Source: Enoplolaimus lenunculus (taxonomy: Eukaryota). Taken from it: DNA of 64,000 nucleotides. The position numbers and the translations under genes were made by a program. Shown here one piece after another: positions 49,553-60,030 of this stretch. The stretch's first letter is position 1, and every line of letters begins with the position of its first letter. Location of the stretch: the NCBI GenBank assembly GCA_030248215.1, contig JASANG010000266.1:186001-250000 (forward strand), in the 5' to 3' direction. The notes beneath the pieces were generated by a model. It was given only the letters and a program-made list of their open reading frames with translations. It was not told the DNA's origin and did no database searches.

Positions 49553-50621
49553 CATTCCGCTAACGCTGAAAACCAGGCCAAACACCAGCTTTTATAAACC
49601 ATCAAAATCTTCCAAATTTTACACAAGTTACACTAGCTATCCAATTAAAGGTACGCATAAACAAGCTAATTTTTTTGCAAATTTTGAAATAAAGTGTTTA
49701 AACAGTTTCCCAGTGAATTGCTATAATAAATTAATAACTATTGAACTCAGAGGTAAAACATCGTCTTTTAAGTTCAAATGGTTTGAACTAAAGAAGATTA
49801 CTAATTATGCTAGATAAAAATTTGTAATTCCATAATTCCCTTTGTTACGAATAAGTTTTTCGCGTCAGTAGGTTGAACAAGTTTGGAAATGTTCTTTCGG
49901 AAATGAAATGAAGCAGTATGTCTAAGCAAAGCCTTTCGTTTTATTTAATCAATTTGCCGTCGCAATGACGTTATTTCTTAATGTTCAACATTAACTTTAT
50001 ACTCTAACTTTTTCGATTCTTCCCAGTGCAAATCAATTAAATATTGTTACGTATATGACGTTGGAATTTGGAAATCATAAATGGCAGCATCAGTACAAAT
50101 TTTGATAACTATAACGTTGATTGCGGCAGTGATAAATACGTAGCTGCGCATAAGAAACATTATGTCGATTTGTCATTGCGTTTGTTGTAAGACAGTTTTA
50201 CCTCCAGGACGTTGTACATAGGATTTTATGCCCGAAGTGGTCCCCGGGCCATTTTTATGCTTTATACTTTATGTCTGTTCAACTCATTAACCGAAACATG
50301 AAGATGTTGCACTCATATTACAGTTTAAAATGGTGTTTTTTGTTGTCCTGGAAAATGACAACAGAAAATGTTTTTGAAAAGGCTCGAATGATATTTTGGC
50401 GCTGTTCTATGTTCGATTGCTCGTCCTAAAAGTGCAATTGCAACACTTTTTGTACTGTTGTACTGCGCTTGCGCTGACTTAACTCTTGAACGTTCTCAAC
50501 ATGTCTAGTAGAGGTCAGCGTTTTCCCAACACAACCTTAGATCCGTGCCACCATTTAGCAGAAAGTTGGCTTAGTTGTATTGTATTTAATAGAGTTTAGA
50601 AATAACATTTTGAACTGTGCA

Positions 50622-53600
50622 ATGGCAGCAAACTGTCTTCCTCGAAGGATTATAAAGGTACGCATATTACGCTGCCAGGGTGGGATCGAATCTGCGATTT
50701 GACCGAAACGAAATTGGAACCATGCATTCTGCAAATTTCCAATTATTGATAATTTGTTTGCGAGTACTGTTGGGACAACACGATCTGCACGACCCCTGTT
50801 CGAAGTTTTGCCCAAAGTTAAGGACCACGCCGGGAATCGAACCTAGGCTCTCTTGCGCTGTACCCAAGCTTGCCACGACTACACCATATGGTCGTTGCAA
50901 CAACTTCTTAGGAGCAGCCAAATACAGAGACTTGCCGAGACCAAGACAAGTCTACAGGGATCGGCGGTCTCGGTCTCGGCAAGTCGGAATTTGACTGGTC
51001 TCAGTCTCGCTCTTTGTCAGTCTCAGTGGTTGCAAACCGAGATTAAAGCGGTGAAAAAGCGATAAGCAATCACAAAAATTTTCCTTGGATTGCAGCTTTG
51101 GCCCGGAAGTACTTGCGCATTTCGCCTACCATCACAGACAGCGAACGATTGTGGAGCACCGCTACCTGGTCATACAGGGATTTGAGAAACAGAAGAACCC
51201 CTCCGGTTACTCTAAATTCTACTTTTGAAAGGAAACACAAAACACTTTGATTTTATTCTGACAAAGCACAAATAGTTAGATTTTCGCGTTTAAAACATTT
51301 AAGGCATCGTTTAAAAAATTATGGGTCATCCGCATTGATAACGTCGCGCTATGTTAAAAAATTTTTAAATTGAAACGAAAACGTTAGCGTTGCAAATTTT
51401 GCAACACGTTGACTAGTTAGTTAATACTACTACTACAGCAACTAACTATATGCTTTCCAAGCACTCGCAGGCAAAGTTTGTTTGCATTTACGAGAAAAAA
51501 AGTGGTGTATGAGCCATTAATGTGCATTTGTGCAGCCAGTCAGCTGCTCTAGTTGTCTTGTATTTTCACATGTTACAAACAATTTTATGATATTCTGGAC
51601 CACAACCTCGAAATAAAAAAATTTTCGGATTTTCGTTTTCGTTTGCAACTGTTTAATATTTTATGGGTCGTTGCTACATAAACTTGAAAACACTGTTACC
51701 AATAGCTTATTTGCTGACGTCAGGTGTTTTCAAATCCCAAGTTATGCTAATTAATGTGTAAAATGTTGTTAGGTGTGCAAAAAATTAAGTGTCCAGAAAT
51801 CTACTCTGGTATAAAGGCGAACCAATGACCCCAATCTCTATCTGTGTTACAGGCCAAGCGGCGAAATATTGCTAAAAAAGAAGACGATGTAAAAATAATC
51901 ATGCAGTTTTTCATGTTTAGGAAACACAACGGTTGCTGGCTGAGCCAGTTCCAGGTATCTCGGCAGTGCCCGATGAAAAAAATGCCCGGTACTTTCATGT
52001 CGTTGTTACAGGTCCTGATGGAGTAAGTAAAATGTTTTGATCTACAACTTGCCTTTCAAGCGAACTTTCCACGCTATGTATTGTTGAACATTGTGAATTT
52101 CACAATACTGTTTCGTTAACGAACATGTATGCGCATTTTGTAAAAGTTCAACCCGATGCAATGTACTGATGCGACTGCGGTCGGCATAAATTTTTCATTT
52201 GTCAACTGAGTTCTGCAGTTAGTTGGAGTTAGAATTTCTGTTTTGTATATACACTGTCATTAAGCACAAGCAACTTTGCCACTAATTTATAAAATCTGTA
52301 TAAATCTGTTTGCTTTTATTTTAGAGTCCGTTCGAAAGTGGTGTATTCAAATTAGAGTTATTTCTCCCAGAAGAATACCCGATGGCGGCTCCACGGGTTC
52401 GATTTATGACGAAAATATATCATCCCAATATTGATAAATTAGGCAGAATTTGTTTAGATATTCTAAAAGGTTGGTTTGTTGAAGTTGTCGCACGACACAC
52501 ATGAGTTTAATGAAGGTGTTGATCTGCGTAGTTTTATTCAGGTAAGACTGATAGCAGGGTGCAATCGGATTACCGATTCCGATTTACAACGAATTCCGAT
52601 TCCCGGGATCGGAAATTCGATGTTTTTATTTTAATCGTAACTACTTGTTGTAATATGTTGCACAAAAATTCTCTATCATTTATATATTAAATTGATTTTG
52701 ATGAGTTATCTTATTGAGCGAAGCGAAACTTCGAGCGAAACTCGGAGATTCTCGCATCGTTTTATATTTTGGGCTCGGGGGTCGAAAGCTGGATGTCCGC
52801 CCTGTGGTCCGAAATGAATCTCAGGAACCGCTGAACCGATTTGATAAACTTTTTTGTTGAAAGGTTTTTATCCTGGGATGATAACCTTGCGTTGGGGATT
52901 TAAAACTAAAGGTTAATTTGCATATCTGGTTAAGCCTAAATTACGACTTTTTACTGTATTTCACTAATTATTAGAAATGCAAGCAATCTAATTTCAACAC
53001 CGAAGGGTTTCTGGGTGCGAAAAATCAGAATAAAATGTTTATATTATTAACCTCCAATACCGATAATTGGATAGTTAGCTAATAGCTAATTTGCATATTA
53101 GCTTAATTATAGACACTGAAATCAAAATTTTGTTAATACAAATTATCCGTATAGTCACAGTATTTACGATTCCGGTATAAATTTGCTGTTTCGATTCCGA
53201 TGTAATTCAGTTTGGCTGCACACACTGACTCATAGTCAGCATTTGCGTTTGTAAAGATCTGGTTGTTTCAGCTTCAGAACATTGAATATCAGAATATGTA
53301 CGTACTTGTGGCGCAATTCGTTGAAATTCTACTTTTTGCCTTAAAATTAGGCATCGTGGTCTTGTGCAAACTTGTTAACACTTATTAAACAGAAAACAAA
53401 ATACTCGAAGGCTTCCGCTCATTGACCCAGTTTTGTGATGTAAATTTGCTTCTTAATATTCTGTTGCAGACAAATGGAGCCCGGCGCTACAAATTAGAAC
53501 AGTTTTATTGAGCATACAAGCGTTGTTGTCGGCTCCGAACCCTGATGATCCCCTTGCGACTGATGTTGCTGATTTGTGGAAACGAAACGAGTCAGAAGCG

Positions 53601-53915
53601 ATCCGCATCGGTAAATTTTGAAACACGGTCTAGTTTTAATCTTTGTCTCATAAATGTGTAGAACGCACCTGAATTATACAACAAATTCATTTACGCTGCA
53701 CTGAATAGTTTTTAAAAAAATCGTGCTCATTACTTTCCTGCTTAATTGAAAAAACTTACACCCCGTCGAAATCCCGAACAAATACGTATGTAACTTTTGC
53801 ATTTTTGCTATGCGTATTCATTTCACAAGCCAAAGATTGGAATACACTCATTCTTACAAAAATGTTATACTTTTCAGCCAAAGAATGGACTCAGATATAT
53901 GCTGTGGATAACTGA
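50622..53915 (+). CDS. UBE2N: Ubiquitin-conjugating enzyme E2 N (Ubc13); exons 50622-50657, 51921-52022, 52325-52469, 53470-53610, 53878-53915
   Basis: Spliced product [124 protein letters not shown]...|[15 protein letters not shown] motif and catalytic Cys are intact. Confidence 0.97.
50823..50893 (-). pseudogene. Decayed tRNA-like sequence (SINE head or tRNA pseudogene) in UBE2N intron 1
   Basis: GACCATATGGTGTAGTCGTGGCAAGCTTGGGTACAGCGCAAGAGAGCCTAGGTTCGATTCCCGGCGTGGTC has A and B boxes and partial acceptor, anticodon and T stems, with mismatches in every arm. Confidence 0.7.
50964..51365 (+). repeat. Interspersed repeat in UBE2N intron 1 (partner of 47327-47732)
   Basis: Reverse-complement match to 47327-47732; CGGTCT/GAGACC motifs are also seen at 48.7 and 57.2 kb. 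Confidence 0.9.
52555..53227. mobile_element. hAT-type MITE with a nested Helentron/DINE-like element (52711-~53110) in UBE2N intron 3
   Basis: CAGGGTGCAATCGG...TGCACACACTG with TSD ACTGATAG/ACTCATAG (7/8); the inner segment is the reverse complement of ~34800-35203. Confidence 0.75.
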
Positions 53916-56044
53916 CATTCACAGGTTGCAATTGTAATGATTCGGTCGTTACGTTTATATATTGATGTAGGTGAAACTCTTTTGATACAATTGTGTACTA
54001 GTGCTGCGATCATCAACAAACTAACAGCCCGCCCCTCGTATGTTAACCAGTTCCCGTTCCTTTCTTTATCTTACGGAGCTCTTAACTCTCGAACATTGTT
54101 TTGTCGGGTCAGCGGGTGGAGCGCTTCTCTGTATCGCTATGTGCTGGAAATCCAGATCACCTGGTTTTGTGTTCAAGCTGTACGTGACATAAAATGCCAA
54201 ACAGGGTGCAACTAAAATGTAATGGGTAAAATAATTTCAAGCTCAAATGTTAAATTTATATAAGAATTTTATTAACTCCATGTACAACTTGCTGCCTGAA
54301 AGACAGAAAATAGTCTTTTATACAGCAGTGAAATCAGTTTTAGTTGACTTTGTTACGCCGAATTCAATATTCTGTTACTAAATTTTTTTCATACGCGATT
54401 GACGTATGGTTGAGCTTGGAAGAGAATTATTTCCAGAAATATCACGTGGATAGCATTTCAAATGTATTTTTTGCTATCAGATCAGGGCAAATTCCGTATC
54501 CTGTTCCAAAATACGATATAAAGCCTCCAGCATGAAGTTGTCATCAGCCACCGGAATATTTATTATAACTATTTACATAAAATCTGTGCAGACTTCTTGT
54601 CTATATTGTGGTTTTATTATTTTGCCCTACACTGGTGGAAACGGAGGCTGATCGCAAACAGCTTTATAAAAGTTTACGGCATATAAAGTTTAAAAGTGTC
54701 GTTTTAACGCCACGCTGCGGTTGAAAGTCTGTTATCCTGGTTCGGATCCAGTGTTCACAATTTTAGTATCCGGTCGCACCCTGTTCAGTATGTAAATTGT
54801 GATGATGTGGGATATCACTGTTCTTATTCTTTAATTGTTTCCGCATTTTGTTGTATTTGTGTGCACCGCCCAAGAATGCTTCGGGACCTGCTACATGTAT
54901 GTAGCGTAGTTTGAACGCAAGCTTTTCGCGCTTATATTAAAAAAACGCTGGCGTATGATGGAACAATTCAGCTGCTACTAGCATTTCGTGTTGGACTGTT
55001 ATATGTATAAATTTGTTTTTGTCGTTCTTAATATTGTTGTCTAGGAAACATTGTAAAATAATGCTATACTTTTAGTTTCAGGGGTTTTAAGTTTAACTGT
55101 ATTATTATGTTTTAAATTTATTAGCATAGCTAGGTTTTTATTTATTCATATAACAGGATGTGAACCGGAACTGAACAAAATATGGATTTAGTTCGGAAAT
55201 TATATGTATCGAAGTCCAAAGTACGCTCGAAATTGAATTATGAAGTTTTAATGTTTGATCCAAAAGGTTGCAAAAAAGTTAAAATTTCGATGCTTGCTAA
55301 ATAGCGAGTCTTAATACGATAGTATGATTGGTGCTAATTTGATAAATAATTGAACTATTCTTTTTGGTATAAGCTAATGTTAAATTTTTTGTTTTTGTAT
55401 GAATCTTGTATTATGATATTGATTCATTGGTTTATTTATGAATGTTCCAGTCCGTGATTTAGTTTTATAATTATTTTTCATCATAAACACTTCTGAACTA
55501 AATATTGATAATCACTAATCGAATTCTTAGTTAAGCATACGACCAGTACTATGTAAAGCCTTTCGTATGGATGCGGTTCCACGGCATACGGATTACGGGT
55601 TCTCTATATGCCTGTTTAACTTCCGCTTGGGCAAGTGACATAAAAATGCATGCGTGCAGGAAATTGTAAAAAATAGGCGCTCGAATAAAATTGCTGCGTA
55701 TAATGGAGGCACAACACACAACTGATTGTTTTATTTTTACACTACACTGTATGACGTAATTAGGAAAAGAAAATTAGGGTATTGAAATGCCATTATAGTT
55801 TTTGTCACCGGATTAGAAAATTTTAGTTCGTAACTACCTATTAAAAGCCCCCTTGGAAAATTTTGTAAAACGTGACCCCTGTTCAGAAATCCTGGCTACG
55901 CTCCGGGCTCCTATATCGCTTTTGCTTTGGACGATGTTCATTCGTTACTGTTTTGAAATATCAGGCAAAAACACAGTTCGGATTTTGGATTTCGGTGTAC
56001 TTCGCATTTAACCCTTTCTCACATGAATATTTTCTATTGCTCCT

Positions 56045-56165
56045 GAGACCTACTTTTATACTAGGGTTCGAACTCCAGTGACTGGAGTGGGAGGCGTATA
56101 CCATCACCACTCAGCTATAGGAGCTTGATGCTCGAGCCCGATGGGGCTCTCACGTCTTGTGGTGA
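56045..56165 (-). mobile_element. tRNA-derived SINE head
   Basis: Minus strand TAGCTGAGTGG (A box) ... GAGTTCGAACCC (B box); related copy at 3.9 kb. Confidence 0.55.
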
Positions 56166-58422
56166 TTTAGTACTATGTATACATGTTGCAATTGTTAAAC
56201 ACGGTGCGATATATATTATGTACCGTATATACACTGCGCTGAGTTGCCAATAGGCAACTCAATGTGAGAAGGGGTTAAACCTTCGGTACTTGACCTTGTG
56301 TTCATAATTAATAACCGTGTTTAAACGTTTATACGGTAATGTCGAATTTGCATCTGTATTGTTTACGTTATGCTTAATATTTATGTGACAATATATCGTT
56401 GAATTTCATCACATTTTAACCAGCGCCCAACCTAACAATTATTGAAAAGTTTAAAAAACAAAGTGTTTTCAAAGGTTACATTTGCCGTATGAATATGGAA
56501 TAGTTTGCAAACCGTGTGCATATTTTTGAGCTAATACTGATGTTTTGGAATAAGCTGAACAAGCACTACATTATTCATTGGTGCATGGGTGAAATACATG
56601 TGCAGTTTGTAGTGAGGTAAAATTTATGCTTACGATTAATGTCAGAATTAATTTGTTCGTTTCATCATTCATACTATCGTTTTTTAAATAAAATTCGAAA
56701 TCCTAATGTTTTTGAAAACGCTGTTGAATGCGTTGATGACTTAATGAGCGTATCGTACACCTGTCATTTTACTGCAGTTTGCTATCTGTTGGTTGAAAAT
56801 TTTCTTTAGCTTCTATACTAGTGATGGCACCGCATATTTATATTCGCAAACTAATTTTTCTATTTCGGATATCCGATCCTCGATTTTGCGTTTGTTGTTT
56901 CCTTCAAATTTTCGTTTGACCCACACGAGACCAAAGGAGAAAGACAAGTTCCCGCCTTTCTGCTCAACATTTACAATAAGCGGACGTCACTTGTATTTGT
57001 TGATTTTTGACTAAATATTTTTCTGTTTTTAGATAATATTGTTAGCAATTTTTGTGTTTACCATTGTAAATTCTGAGCAAGTACAACATTTTATTATGCT
57101 TGAATGACACAGAAGTACGAAGAAGCATTCAAAACTTGTTAGAAGAAATTTTATTTTTATGCTCGGTAACGGTCAAAAATTGGCCGACACAGAGGCCAAA
57201 CAGTCTCGGTTGTCAGGTTTCGGTTTTTGACCGAGACGGCACAGCCCTGCTGCGGGTATTAGGTTTTTAGAAGATTTGGCCAATGCATAGCACAGGAGCT
57301 TCCCATTTTTCAAGATGGAACACTTATGACCAGTGTAAGGTAGGAACCTTACCGTTTTATCTTAAAAAAAGTTTTGACAGGTGGGCGTAAGCCCGGCCGT
57401 CCCCTTTAGATCCGCTAGTGCCCGCTTTCTCACTGGACCGCAATAGAGTAAGCTTTAATTTTAGACTATTTTTTGCTTTGGCTTAGGCTTATGCTTTGTT
57501 TTAGACTTGGGTTTATTACGCTGAGGAGGTTTAAACTTAGACATTTACTATTAATTTTTCGATTATTTTGATTGAAAAACCAAGGCTGTTAATAATAAGC
57601 TCTTTTTCCATCAAACGAATGCACCTGCTTATTGTGTAAACATAACAAGTATAAGAAACATAGATATGTTAACAGTTATAACGTAAAGTATGTAAGCGAT
57701 ATAAATATTTCGTAATAGATTAGGGCGGCGCAATGCTTGTTGTGTAGTGACTTCTGGAGCCGTACGGCACTGCAGAAATTCATATACTTTGCGGTAAAAT
57801 ACTATTCGGTGACGGACGGCGCCGGACGTGCATGATCTTAAGTATACCTGTAATTTATCGCAAACTTAAACGACGAAGCATTCGAACACTAAACTTACTT
57901 TCATACAAAGGCTCCGCCGGAGGACCCAGCTTATAACAGTATCCAACAAGATGTAAGAAAAGAAATGTTTTCAATATTATACTGAATTAGAGAACCTTTT
58001 CTGGCAGTAACTATGATTGGAAATAGACCAAAGTCAAACAGCACTAAATTTTACAAACAATATACGCCGATAAAAAGAAATGTGTTACAAAAATCAAGAA
58101 TTTAGTTCAATATTCTGACTGAGGTTTGAATACAGAATTTCTTTTCGTTAGCCTCAATTACTTTAATGTGAAACAATGCAAATTATTCTAAAAAAATTTC
58201 ACACAATAGCATTTCGGTTATCCTGATATATTCGGATACATTTTTCATATCGAATACATACGCGGATATTTTTCATATTGGGATATCCGGTGCCCATCTA
58301 TTTTCTATACGTACTTAGTCGCCGCGTTGATTAACAGCGAAATCACTTCAGTCATCAGAACATAGCATGTATGTGCCCTTCTGGACGTCCGTTAGTTTTA
58401 CTGTACGCTTACAGCCTGTAAC

Positions 58423-58973
58423 CACGGTGCAACCAGAATTACAAAGTACGGGAACTGAAAAGCAAAAAATACTTGTTACTGAAAATATTACTTTAAAGAT
58501 GTTTCATCCGTATTAATGGTAAAATAGTTTAATTATGTTGCTAAAAACATTGAAGTTAACTCAAATGCGGTTTCTCCTGAATGACTGAGTTATTATTTTG
58601 AGACACACGATCGTTTTCTTCTTGAATTTAATCCGATTAAAGCATCAGTCACAGCTTATGATGAGACATTTGGTTATTCCTCTCTACACTCGGACATAAT
58701 TGGAATCGTAGGTGTGAACTCTGTAAACACACCATTTAGAATGCCAAAATCCTGAAACAAAAATACAGTAACTGGGATGCGTATGAAAAATTATAGAGAA
58801 TGACACAAAATGAAAAATTTGGCAGTACACGCTCAGACAATGTTAGAAAAACAAGCTAAGATAATAAGCCAGTTTTTCTTAAATTTTTGAACGAGAAAAT
58901 TTTCCATACCGGAAAATTTCGGTGAAAAAATACCGGATTTTCATACCTGGGTCAAAATTACGGTTGCACCCTG
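58423..58973. mobile_element. hAT-type non-autonomous element
   Basis: CACGGTGCAACC...GGTTGCACCCTG; TSD CCTGTAAC/GCTGTAAC (7/8). Confidence 0.8.
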
Positions 58974-60030
58974 GCTGTAACGTATCCTGTAATATTCATT
59001 TAAGTATAAAATTGTCTTTTGCGATAGATGCAGGCAGTGCCGGCGAAAGTACATATTTTAAAAGTGTGTGGGCACTGTGGGCGACATGACAAATTTGCCC
59101 CAGACGTCAGAACTATGTTTCAGGTATTCGGAACAGACATACATCTTAATTTTGAAACAAGCCCCTCCTTCACAACAGGGTCGCGATTCTTGCAAAAATA
59201 TTGTAGTTTCCCGAGCCGGAAACTGAAGGCTAATGTATCAAAGGCTCCACCGCTTGCGAGATAAGTCTCCTGCCAAAGTAATCACCAGGGGCTCAGCAGC
59301 TTGTTCAAAAACATTTAAGCACATACGCGGGGCACAATTTATAATAGCAAAAGAAAACTCGAGTGAGAAAAAATAAGCGTGGGTACTCGAGGCCTTTCTA
59401 GAGGAGTAGGCGTTAACCACGGCGCTAGCGCCAGAAGTTGAATTCACTTTTTTTGAAAATTGGGATTAAAAGCGGACGGCAAATTGCCCCCCGGCTGCGC
59501 CGCCCCTGGGCGCTGAAGAGTTGTGTAACTATAAGTAAAGTTAGTGTTACCTTTATGTGTTGCAGCAGGGTTCATGAAACATATTTTCAGCTTTGTGTGA
59601 GGCGATCAACATGAATGCTGGTTTTCTGTGAATTACTGGATCGTGATGTATAGTCGAATCTAGGTTATGAAACAGAACTTTTTCCGTGCAAATTAGTTTA
59701 AATTTTAAATGCTATGACCATATACTCAAATGTGTTGAGCGCCTATCACCAGTTGGTAATAGGTTTTGTACCCTTCGAATCACTATTTGCACTACGTTGT
59801 GCTAATTTAGAGTTGCGGAACTGCAAGGGTTCGTGTGTTTGAGAACATATCACTAACTAACTGGCAGTTGGTGTTATACGCAGTTGATAATTAAAAGGCA
59901 GTCTCAGCAAATCGCTGAATGAATTACAGCTTGGTGGTTGTTTTGACTTATCTTTTGTCTGGCTTTAAACGGCAGCTTTATCTGAATATTTATATTATTA
60001 CTATTATTATTATTGTGATAGATTATAATT

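Noticed and set aside
50823..50893. Functional tRNA gene
   Set aside because: Mismatches in all stems and a non-canonical anticodon loop; kept as a SINE head or pseudogene.
58560..59630. Small antisense gene divergent from BCAP31
   Set aside because: The acceptor exon lies inside a hAT element and all frames stop early.
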